The notes under the pieces: model-generated
The model's input: only the letters and a program-made list of their open reading frames with translations
Database searches by the model: none
What the model was told of the DNA's origin: nothing
Part shown: positions 13,020 to 22,937 of the stretch, piece after piece
How positions within the stretch are numbered: the first letter of the stretch is position 1
How the letters are laid out: each line of letters begins with the position of its first letter
Assembly: GCA_008632985.1 (NCBI GenBank)
Contig: QPGO01000067.1
Span: forward strand, 124,001 to 154,948
Source: Psammoneis japonica
Taxonomy: Eukaryota
Length of the DNA: 30,948 bases
Reading direction: 5' to 3'
Position numbers and translations under genes: made by a program

Positions 13020-13727
13020 CTGCCAAACAAAGAGAATTGTCTCTGACAAGGAAGGTGGTGCATTTTGTGGTCATTGACCAAACACCTCATTGTTGTCCCA
13101 GAAAACTCTCCAAGGAGGTGTGGGTGGCTTTTGTGGAATGCTTGAAAAATCACCTGGGTGTTGTGGTCTTGCCAAGGTCAAAGAGGAAACACTGTGGCTT
13201 TGAATTTGTGAGGACATCAGAGATGAAAACAAATGAGGGCTGGCAACACTGCATTTCTTCCAATGGCTCCAGCACAATGCCAAAAAATGAAGAACATCCA
13301 ACACAGGTGTTTGTGCAAATGTGGATTTTTTGCAAGAGTCATTGAGTGCATTTTGGCATCAATGTTTGATTTATTTGAAGGTGTGGCAATGTGCCAGCTT
13401 GGCACTGTTGCCAAAGAAGGAGTTGCCACAACTGCTGCAGAAAAAGTGCACATTGTGACATCTTGACCCAGCCTCTGCTCAATGCAAAATGGAAGCTTTT
13501 GATGCATCTGACGGTGCTCTTTGCTCCTGTCATCACAAAGGTGCCATGGCTGTTGTTGTTTGCCCTCCTTCAGCACAGCAAGTCAAGAGCTTCCACACTG
13601 GACATGCATCAGGCAAGTGCAGAAACTGCTCATCTTGTGCAGTGTGCAGTGCCAAATCTCAGACAACAAACTGGCAGGCAAGCACCAGCAACCACATTTC
13701 AACAACTGTCCAAAACATTGGGAGAAG

Positions 13728-13918
13728 TCTCCAGCCAGCTGCTGGCTGAAGAATCTTGAGCAGAATTTGCACTGAAAGAGTCTGTCAATCTGTGTGTTGA
13801 GGTTTTTTTGGTGAATGCTGGATGGACTCAATGTCTTTTGCGTACGTAAAAATTGTGCTGACAAACCCCCCAAATGCGCTGACAAGCAGACTTTTTTTAG
13901 CCAGCAGCTGGCTGGAGA
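13728..13918. repeat. Inverted pair of identical 20-bp arms (13728-13747 and 13899-13918), each containing the palindrome AGCCAGC-W-GCTGGCT
   Basis: tctccagccagctgctggct is the reverse complement of agccagcagctggctggaga. Confidence 0.8.
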
Positions 13919-15840
13919 GACTTCCACAAGACAGGGCACTCAACATGTGCACTGCAAAACATCCCAGCTGCTCCCCTGATCCTCAAGGGGTGGCATGATG
14001 AGGGCACATAAAACTTGAACCCACACATGGTGCAAAAGAAATCAGAGGCCTGCTGGAGCATTTTGCAAGGACTGTCAGCCCATGTTTCTCTGTTGAAAAA
14101 GTTGCAGTGTCATTTGCCTCACATTGTCATTTGGTGGGCAAAAATCACTGTGCTGAAATGCAACAGGAGGCTCACCTTGCCACTGGCTCTGGCATTTTAA
14201 CATTGGCAGATCACACTCAGAATGCTTGGCACCCAAGTTTAATCCATGGATTCAAGGCAACTGCCACAGCAATGGCCAAGCCATGCCAACAAAAGGGCAA
14301 GTGTGAAAAGTGAGTTTGTGGACAACAAAGGTCAGAAAACATGTTGCTGTCATCTTTTGCACCAGCCTCATGTCAAGACTGCACCACCACACATTTTCAT
14401 TTGAAATCATTTTTGCTTGATTAAAGCCAGTGGCCTGCTGTGTCAAAATGGAAAACAGCTCATGATGATCTGGGACAGTGCAAATGGCTGTGCTGCCAAA
14501 TGGCTCTGCAGCTGGTTGACACCACACTTTCCATCTGTGCAGAGTGCCAGGTTTGTTTTGACTGTGCTGTGCACACTCTGACCACAAATGATTTTTTTTT
14601 ATTTTCTTGTGAACTTCATTGTGATGAGCCAAACAAAGCTGAGATGCCTTCATCTCCCATCTTGTGACATTGCTTCACACCATTTTGCATTGACCAAGTG
14701 CAGCAAGACCAGCTGTGTCATGCCTGGGACGGGCCAGCTGTTTGGTGCGACAGTTGAGAAAGCCATTGCAAGTCTGTGATCACTCTGCTAGCACAAGTCA
14801 GCACTGGTGCTGGCAAAGATTTGCACTTGCAGAGGATGAAAAGGCTCTTGAAGTGTGCTGGTTGGCTCTCAAGGAGTGTTGTCTTCATTTGCAGATGAGC
14901 TTGCCAGCTTCATCTCAGCACTGCCAGGTTGAGCAGCAGATCTTTCACCTGATGCTGAGACTTTTTCTGAAAAAACTCTTTTGCAACAGCAAGCTTTTCA
15001 GCTGTGCTCACCACCTGGTTGGCTCCAGATGTTGCAAAAGCAAGCAAACCTGACATGCAGCTCTGCACTTCTGTCAATGCCCGCACTTCACAACAAGCAC
15101 TCTTCAAGGTTCTCTGTTGCAGCTGCCCCTCCCCCCTCCAAGTTGTTCACTTGCTGCATCTGTTGTGATTGACTGACAAGAAGGCCCCTGCTTGGGCCAG
15201 CTTGTCCTTGGCTTCTGCGCAGCAATGCAGAGATGCCACTTCTCCTCATGTGACCCCCCCGTTGATGCTTTGCCTTTTTTGTCAGCCATTCTGGCTGTGT
15301 GGCAGCTGCAGTGCTCTTCTTGCCAGACCTGCTCTTTTTGCCCTGGTGGGAGCAGAAAGTGCCTTGTGAACTCCTGCAGCAGAGTGCTGGTGGCATCTTT
15401 TGCCAACACCCTCTTCTTTCTTCTTCTTCTTGTTTGGGTGACCAAGGTGCTTCTTTTTGCAGAAGAAGTCTCAGTCATGAACAAGAGCTTTGCTTTCTTT
15501 GCATCTTCCTGCTTTTTTTTGGGGGGGGGGTTCGATTTTTGAAAGAGAGCACGCGGGATGTCCCTTGTTGGCAACCTGCTTGTCTTGCACCGTGCAGAGG
15601 CGCCATTGGCCATGGGGAAACATGAAACATCTCGAGGGAAAAAAATGACATCATGATGGAATTTCGGAATCGAAAATGATTTTTCCTGGCCAGCGCGGGA
15701 TGAGATCTTTCAAAAGGGCGGGAAAATAGAACATTGAAAATTTTCAGCTCTGAATTTCTGCATGGCAAGGCGCCGAAAATCTTTTGAAAAAATGACGGCG
15801 ACAGCACCCAGCACAGAAAGTTGATGAAATAGAAAGTGCA

Positions 15841-18800
15841 ATGGCGTCTCGTTCAACGCATCCTTCTCCTCAAGCCATGACAAAGACGGAAGACATCGAT
15901 GACCACTTTAAAGACGCAGTGACAACTCCAAAACAGGAGGAGAACTATTCCTGCATAATTGAACCCGGTGACGTTGTGTGGGCATTGAACGGAAACAGAA
16001 ATGAGGCTCACGAAGCGACCGTATTGAAAGTGGATGTAACCAACAATGTCGCACAAGTCAAGTGGCAGAGATCTCTCTACAAGGACATGGTACCGTTAGA
16101 TCAGATCCGACCCATGTTTGATCTTGCCGAGGTCAGTGGCGATAATACGAAGAATTCTTCAAGACGAACAAGACGCAAGTCTGGTCGAGTACTTGGACTG
16201 AAACAGTTTATTCAACGAAGAATCGCCATGTTGTTTGGTGGCCACGTCTATTTTGGGACAGTCACAGAATGTCGCGAAGGAGAAGATGGGGAAGAAACGT
16301 TGTGGCATGTCAAGTATGACGATGGCGATGCCGAAGATATGAATCGTCAAGAACTGGATGCAGCCTTGGAGTTGTACGAGTTGCGAAGGCACACGGAGTC
16401 GCCCTTACTCAAGGAAGATGGCAGTCAAGCCTTGTTGAAGCAAGACACGTCAGACGACGCTACTACAAGTATTTCGCCCGACAAAACCAAGTCAAAGCGC
16501 ATAAACAACACCGACCGTCCAACACCGAGTACCAACCGATGGTATGCCATGAGGCAAAGACGATTCAAGAAAAGAAGAAAGCTCATGTCGAATCATCAAC
16601 GTCCATCCTCTCAAGGTCTAGAGGATAATCATGACGATTCGTCACGCCGTCCGGGCTTGGTGCCACGGGTGTCTCTGTCTCCTGACCATGTTGATCACGA
16701 AGACGAGGATGCTGACCCCAACGTTGAAGGATCATGCACCACGTTCAAGGATCCGTTCGAATTTTCGGATGATAATGACGATTCTTCACGCCGTCCGGTT
16801 TTGGTGAAACGGGTGTCTCTGTCTCCTGACCATGCTAAACAAGATGACGAGGATGCTGACGACTCCAACGTTGAAGTTGATCCGTTCGAATTTCAGGATG
16901 ATACCGTCAGTGTTTCGGATTGTTCTTGTCATGAAGTTAATAGCGACAATTGTGATTTCTCTGATGAGGTATCTTCCACAAGCCGTGACTGTGAGTCGTC
17001 TTTTGAGTGTGACTCTTGTTGCAGCAGCAGTGACGTGTCATTTGACGGATACGAGGAGGAAGAGGAGGAGGAAGAAGAGGAGGATTCATCATTGTTGCAA
17101 GATGCTTTACTACCTTCTCCAGAGGAACAGCAGAGAATCTTGGACTCGATCGAGTCTCCGAGTGACAAGACTTTGCAATCTCTTCTTTGGTCCCTTGGTT
17201 TTAGCTTTACTCTGTTGCCCCATCAATTTGAGGGGGTGCGAGCGGTTGCGGGTGTTTCCAACACCTTTCCCTTGAACGATGCCGCCGCCGCCACCGCTGA
17301 AGATTACTTTAATTCTTCTACGGACCCCACCACAATTCTCAAAAATTATAACCCCACCGATGAGACTAGTACTCGGGGGATACTACTAGCGGATAGCATG
17401 GGCCTTGGAAAAACCGTTCAAGTGAGTACGACGTTTGCTGTATTCGTGATGTTTTTTGGTCTTCTACTCGTTTCTATTCACACTCATTGTTTGTGTGTCA
17501 AAGTCAATCGGTGGTGCTATACTTCGGAACAAGCTGTGCGAAGCACAAGGAAAGGAGGGTCTACCAACTGTTATTGTGGCTCCCAATGAAAACGTACTGA
17601 CGCAATGGGGGGAAACACTTCTAAATGCTGGTGTGAGTTCCGAGAAAATTTTCTATTTCAGACCCAGAAAACATTGTGGGTTTGACGGGCCGAACTTTAT
17701 CCTCATGACACGGTACAATCTCCAGGGTGAAACCAAGGCTTTGATGGAGAGAATTACCGATAGAGACAAGGGCAACCAAAGCTTGGTGTCGTCGAAGCTT
17801 TTCCCATATGCAACCAAAGATTTACTTTACAAAATGAAGAACCAATACGAGTAGGACCAACATCTTCTGCAAGCGTTGATTTGCTGTACGTTGCGCTAAC
17901 TCTCTCTTTGTTTTATGATATATCAGATCATTTGTCGGGAAAGCTAGGAATCAACTCAAGTTGCGCGATGAAAAAGAAGTGGCCGATGTTGTTGTCTCTC
18001 GGCTTCTCCTTCCGTTTGTAAACAGAGATACACTCCAACAAGTGTTTCGTACTGTTCTTATCGACGAAGCTCACTTTCTCCGGAGCATTTGCTCATATTG
18101 GGGCTTGGGCGCAGCCATGATGGGTCTTCACGGGGAACGTGTTGTACCCCTTACTGGCACGCCATACAACAACGGGCCCAAGGATATGGCGGCTTTAATG
18201 ACGTTTATCGACCCATCCAAGCCTGCTGCCAAAACACTTTGGTGGGCGAATGCTACAAAGTTGGGAACGCCAGCCGACATTGTTCAATCCGTCGGGGAAT
18301 GGAGAACGCATTACATGTTACGACGAGGAAAAGATGTGCTAAAGAAGCAGCTTCCTGATAAGAAGGTTTTCTCCATACCAGTGTCCTCGTATCCAGCTGA
18401 GCTGTATGTGTACAACTATTTCGAACAACAAATGTTAGAAAAGTTGGCTGAGTTTGGTAAACACGATTCATCGGAAATCATCATTCTAAGAAACCTATTC
18501 AAATCAATGCTTGCAACGTTGTCGTGTCAGCGAATGGCCTTAATCCACCCGATGCTTCCTGGTGGACGAGAGATGACAAAAATGTTCTCACCATCTCGCC
18601 GAAAAATGGTCAAAATGGAAGAACGGCCGTGTGTCTGTGTGTGCTGTACTCCAGTGTCCCGTCCTTCTGTACCATTACAGAGAAAAAGTGAGACAGGGGC
18701 ATCAAAACAGAGTCTACCAAACAAGGAATTGCGACTTTGTTACAATATGGACCTAGATGATTCAGATTTGGACGATGGCGGAGAGGAGGAAGTCTACGGT

Positions 18801-20028
18801 GCAACTTGCGAGGAAGACGAATTAGTGCCTCTCTGCGTTGAGGAGAGGTGCGACAGCACCGTTCCTCACTATGCACACAGGAAGTGTCGAGACGAATTGC
18901 GAAGGGATAAACAGCAGTGCCCACGATGTGAGTCGCTTGTGATGCAGATCTGGCATATTGCTTGCCATCATCCACCTTTCCGCTTCTTGCTACAGTGAAC
19001 CTCATATTTCTTGTGCTCGTTGTTCGCCGTACCCCTGCAGGCGTGGATATGAAAAGGAGAGTCCACAACATGACCAACAATAATGAAGACGGTTCTGCTC
19101 CTTTTGTCTCCCAGCGCACTACTTATTGCCAGCATGTCAGTGTATCCCCATCAATGCCCGGTGGCTTCAAAGCATCCGCAAAGATCGAAAGTGTGATCAA
19201 TTGGTTTCGATGCGTTCCGACGGATGAGAAGGTAAATAATACAACAATGTGTGTTGATAGCAGATCTAGGCTCAGCGTCGTCTAACAGCGAGTCTTGCAT
19301 TACGTTTGATACAGGCGATCATTCTGAGCTTTTTCAAAGGTGGGCTAGACTTGATTGAGGGTATTTTGGTAGAGCATCTAGAGGTAGGCTGTGCTAGGTA
19401 AGAATCCGTGTCTCCATTGCAATCATACTTCAACATATGCGACGTACGTGCACTAAAGCCTTCGTCGGAAATGACAATCGCGTCTCTTAGGTTCGATGGT
19501 GATGTGAACGCAAAAGTCAGGGCACAGGAGCTACAAAGGTTCAAGACAAACGCTGATTGTCGCGTACTACTCGCAAGCGTTCAATGTGGGGGTACCGGGT
19601 TGAATATCGTCGAAGCAAATAATGTGTGCTTCGTAGATAGATGGTTTAATCCTTGTGTGCACGAGCAGGCCATGGATCGTTGTCATCGCATCAAACAGCA
19701 AAAGGAAGTAAAGGTTGTATTTCATGACTGTTCAAAGACTGTCGATCAAGTCATGTCGCAGATCAACAAAATCAAGTCCGAAAACGCCTCTATTGTTCTC
19801 GCGGACGGCACTGCACTAGGCCAAACTACGGGAGGAATTAAGTTCAAAGATATGAATGGTATGATTGGGAGTTTGCTCCGAGAGGTTAGAACGCAAAGGA
19901 TGGAATCGCCAAATGATCAGCCGCTGAGCCAAGCGAATCTAGATGACATGGAAACGGAAGAGAAACGAATGGAGAAAGAATTAGCTAAGGCTATCAAAAA
20001 AGCCAGAATGCGCGTCGGATCAAGCTAA
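15841..20028 (+). CDS. SNF2-family ATPase (Rad5/Rad16-like with a Cys/His RING-like insert) with two N-terminal Tudor-like domains; 6 exons, ~1246 aa
   Basis: Exons 15841-17421, 17504-17850, 17927-18927, 19041-19231, 19315-19397 and 19491-20028. All introns are GT-AG (76-113 nt) and the frame is preserved (3741 nt). Motifs LLPHQFEGV, GILLADSMGLGKT, LIDEAH, LTGTPYNN, MLRR, SAKI, FDG, GGTGLN, DRWFNP and QAMDRCHRIKQ. Tudor-like segments PGDVVWA..VKW and YFGTV..WHVKYDDGDAED. Confidence 0.92.
16624..16901 (+). repeat. Intragenic tandem duplication (~145 bp, ~47 aa unit) in SNF2 exon 1
   Basis: DDSSRRPGLVPRVSLSPDH...DPFEFSD is followed by DDSSRRPVLVKRVSLSPDH...DPFEFQD. Confidence 0.9.
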
Positions 20029-20183
20029 GAAAATAAAAATAAAGCAGACGTAGCCACAGTGGGTTTTGTTTCATCACAATCGCATTTGGTTTGGCACACA
20101 CAATTTCGCATGCAAGCTTGGTTGGGAAGGCTTTGTCCTCCTGCAGCATGCTGTTGCAGTCGGCCTCATTTTCTTCCATGGAC

Positions 20184-20551
20184 TTGGTGATGGCGTTCAA
20201 CAAGGAGCATGCTACAGATCGGATGAACAGGCACTTCGTCGCGACTAGGATGGCGGAATGCTGAATATCCCGCCAAACTCACGGATCTAGTAGGAAGAAC
20301 AAGAACGATGAGATATCTAGAGGTTGCCGCAGGCTTGCGGTGTTGGTCGCCCTTTCAGCGAGCAAGTCTTGAGATTGAATAGACAGCGACAATGCCCTCA
20401 AGTACACTCTAATTAACATCGTTTTCACTATTTTTAAGCAATTTCTTCCGGCAAACTACGTAGCGGTAATGCACATGGTAGTATTCATTGGTTACCTCTT
20501 GCATACGTAGAGTACTGTTCTAGTTCAGCACTCAGCACCATGCTCGACACA
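20184..20551 (+). repeat. Dispersed ~370-bp repeat, copy 2 (paralog at 2451-2821)
   Basis: Collinear with 2451-2821. Its right part retains TA and CG sites that copy 1 has lost. Confidence 0.9.
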
Positions 20552-20598
20552 TCCAATTATGGTCCACATTTCCGCAGCCTACATACCATATTTAAATG

Positions 20599-21315
20599 CT
20601 ATGTCTGTTTAGCCTTCTTAGAGGGTGGCTCGTGTGTTGCGCCTACCTCGTCTTTCTCCTTCGCGGTCTTCTGCTCCTTGTCGTCTTTTGAAGTATCAAC
20701 CTTACAAAGCAACACGAATCTGTCGGTGTTTACGTTGGGCTCCTTCCATGCGCTTGCCTTATAATCATCCTCTGGAAATGAAAACATGTCGCTTTCCTTG
20801 TCGACTATGAATCCACTTTCGGCCAGCTCTTCTCGAACAAGAGCTTCTTCGATTCGGTGAAGGTTTTTCGTGTCCGACGACCCACTTTTTGGTGCAGCCC
20901 GATGATCTACAATCAAAAACCGTCCCTCAGGCTTCAATGCGGTTTTAATCGAAGCAAAGAATTTGTTTCGATCGACAGACATGTCATAAAGGTCGTGAAA
21001 CGAATTCTGAATGGTAATCAAGTCGTACTCGTTGGAAGCAGAATCTGATGGATTTTCAAAGGAGGACCAAAAGTGGTGCATCTTGTAATCTCGTTCCAAC
21101 GAATCAATCACTTTCTGGATACCAAATGACTCGAATAATTCACGAAATTCACTCCCATTCTGCACGTCCACAACTTGGTTCGTCGTACCAGCAATGTGCT
21201 TGGCAAGGTATCCAAATCCACAAGAAACATCCAAGACTCTGTCACTTTCGGACAATCCAGCGAACTTTAACAGTTCAGCGGGTTTACGAAAGGCATCTTT
21301 CGAATCGTTGCACAT
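20599..21315 (-). CDS. Class I SAM-dependent methyltransferase, COG4798-like (238 aa, intronless)
   Basis: First ATG at 21315 (MCNDSKDAF). Motifs RKPAELLKFAGL, VLDVSCGFGY, HDLY, LKPEGRFLIVDH, LHRIEE and TDRFVL. Confidence 0.85.
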   Translation of the reverse strand: MCNDSKDAFRKPAELLKFAGLSESDRVLDVSCGFGYLAKHIAGTTNQVVDVQNGSEFRELFESFGIQKVIDSLERDYKMHHFWSSFENPSDSASNEYDLITIQNSFHDLYDMSVDRNKFFASIKTALKPEGRFLIVDHRAAPKSGSSDTKNLHRIEEALVREELAESGFIVDKESDMFSFPEDDYKASAWKEPNVNTDRFVLLCKVDTSKDDKEQKTAKEKDEVGATHEPPSKKAKQT

Positions 21316-21638
21316 TGTTGGTGTATTTATGGAATAGAAAAGTACGATCTTTGGAACAAATAATGAGACGAACGAACTTGAACTTCGATGAAGGCTTGGC
21401 GTGTCGGAGGGAAGTTTCGAGGTTGCACCAAGCAACGCGCGAAGAAGCACATCGAACAAACGCTCTGTCCGTCCACCGAAAACGGGAGACGTACGGACAG
21501 CACTGACTCACAGTTGCGTTCAATTTTTGCCGCCGACCGCCGACACATCAACACGCAAACCTCATTTTTCTAACCGAGTGATGATTCATCACTCACACAA
21601 GACAACAACGACTCTTGTGCAACTATCGAAGGAATCAC

Positions 21639-22796
21639 ATGCGTCTAGGAAGAGCTATCGTCATGTCTTGTGCTCTTCTTATCGGCAGCAGCAGGACATT
21701 AGCATTTCAACAAGTTGCACGATCCGTGCCGAGGCAATCGAAACTTGGAGCTTCGTTCTTGGACGATATTTTTGAAAAGACCTTTTCAACAATGGCTGGA
21801 AAAGCAAAGAGTCCCTATTATACGGTTGGAATCACTGGATCCTCTGGATTATTGGGCACGGCTATTATTGATGAGTTGTCGAAGCAAGAAAAACTGAACG
21901 GCAAGGAGGTTCGTATTGTCAGATTCCAGCGAGGTGAAAACGTTGGGAGCGGTGACGATGTTGTTGCGTGGAATCCATACGGATCTTCGCCTGAAGAGGT
22001 GATTGATCCTGCTGCCTTGGAGTCTATGGATGCAGTCATTCATTTGGCAGGTGAAAATGTGGCAACAGGGCTTGGACCATTGGGCTTTCTTGGAATCCGT
22101 CCTTGGACGGCCGAGAAGAAGCAAGAGATTCTCAAGTCTCGAGTCGAGCCCACAAAAGGATTGGGCAGCGCCATTGCCGCGTGTAGCAGCCCTCCCGATT
22201 TTCTTGTCGCCTCTGGTGTCGGCGTGTACGGTGCTGACTTTATTGGTGACGAATCTTTTGCAGTGGATGAAAGCATGGACACGTCAACTACGGGTGGATT
22301 TCTAGCACAGGTTTCGCGTGAATGGGAGGCTGCCGCATCTACCAACAACAAGAGTCGCGTTGTGAAACTACGCATGGGAGTAGTAATGTCTAAACTGGGT
22401 GGTGCACTCGGTAAGCTCTACCCCATTTTCTTCTTGGGCGGTGGCGGAAATGTTGGCTCGGGTCAGCAGTACTTTTCATTCTTGTCAGCAAGGGATGCAG
22501 CACGGGCCTACGTTCACGTCCTTTCGACACCATATCTCTCGGGACCAGTCAATGTTTGCTCTCCAGAACCCTGTACTAATGCTGAATTCACCAAGGCACT
22601 TGGAAAAGTGTTGGGTCGACCCACCATTTTACCGTTTCCTGGTTTTGCCGTATCGCTTCTGTTTGGAGAAATGGGAGAAGAGATGCTCTTGGGAGGAGTC
22701 CGAGCAATCCCGACAAAGTTGATGAAGAGTGGGTTTGAATTTCTCCATCCTACCATTGAGCAATCATTGCAGAGTGCTGTTGACGAAAGCATTTAA
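21639..22796 (+). CDS. TIGR01777 / SDR39U1-like NAD-dependent epimerase family protein, probably plastid-targeted
   Basis: Motifs ITGSSGLLG, AVIHLAGENV, WTAEKKQEILKSRV, ASGVGVYG, GFLAQVSREWE, GGGGNVGSGQQY and GPVN. The N-terminus is a signal peptide ending TLA|FQQ, the heterokont ASAFAP-type motif. Confidence 0.92.
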   Translation: MRLGRAIVMSCALLIGSSRTLAFQQVARSVPRQSKLGASFLDDIFEKTFSTMAGKAKSPYYTVGITGSSGLLGTAIIDELSKQEKLNGKEVRIVRFQRGENVGSGDDVVAWNPYGSSPEEVIDPAALESMDAVIHLAGENVATGLGPLGFLGIRPWTAEKKQEILKSRVEPTKGLGSAIAACSSPPDFLVASGVGVYGADFIGDESFAVDESMDTSTTGGFLAQVSREWEAAASTNNKSRVVKLRMGVVMSKLGGALGKLYPIFFLGGGGNVGSGQQYFSFLSARDAARAYVHVLSTPYLSGPVNVCSPEPCTNAEFTKALGKVLGRPTILPFPGFAVSLLFGEMGEEMLLGGVRAIPTKLMKSGFEFLHPTIEQSLQSAVDESI

Positions 22797-22937
22797 GATT
22801 GTCCCTTGGTACGCACTTTGCTATCAAGACAAAGCTATCTAATAGGTTAGAAATCATCGTTTGATCAACTCTGCTGCCGTCATGAATATTTTCGAGAGTA
22901 TGAAGCCCCCTTGCAACAATACCAAAGCACAAAGATA

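Larger units (their letters stand above)
2610..15720. other. ~13-kb hypermutated, pseudogenised domain depleted of TpA and CpG and enriched in TG/CA
   Basis: About 45 TA dinucleotides in about 13 kb by eye, where flanking genes have several per 100 bp. CpG is almost absent at about 2.9-8.5 kb and 13-15.5 kb and partly retained at about 8.5-12.9 kb. The translated ORFs are His/Cys/Gln-rich and nearly Tyr-free. Confidence 0.92.

Noticed and set aside
14900..15480. Possible decayed gene divergent from SNF2 (MTETSSAKR...)
   Set aside because: It looks coding-like, but I could not support a family or a consistent frame.
2610..15720. Classical RIP or CpG methylation decay as the sole explanation
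   Set aside because: RIP raises TpA and lowers CpA, the opposite of what is seen. CpG decay cannot cause Tyr->His/Cys or TA loss in the CpG-rich retroelement.
2596..15807. More than 100 short ORFs in the track as real genes
   Set aside because: They overlap in all frames, are Tyr-less and His/Cys-rich, and are explained by loss of TAA/TAG. Only the gyrB and secreted-gene remnants are recognisable.
15841..21315. Split DNMT5 (SNF2 plus the neighbouring methyltransferase)
   Set aside because: The genes are convergent, and the methyltransferase lacks the C5-MTase PC/ENV motifs and looks like a small-molecule class I enzyme.
21316..21638. N-terminal extensions of the methyltransferase and epimerase ORFs from non-ATG starts (likewise 25254-25469 for TAF4)
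   Set aside because: This is a eukaryotic locus. The upstream parts look like UTR or divergent promoter, so better-fitting ATGs were used.
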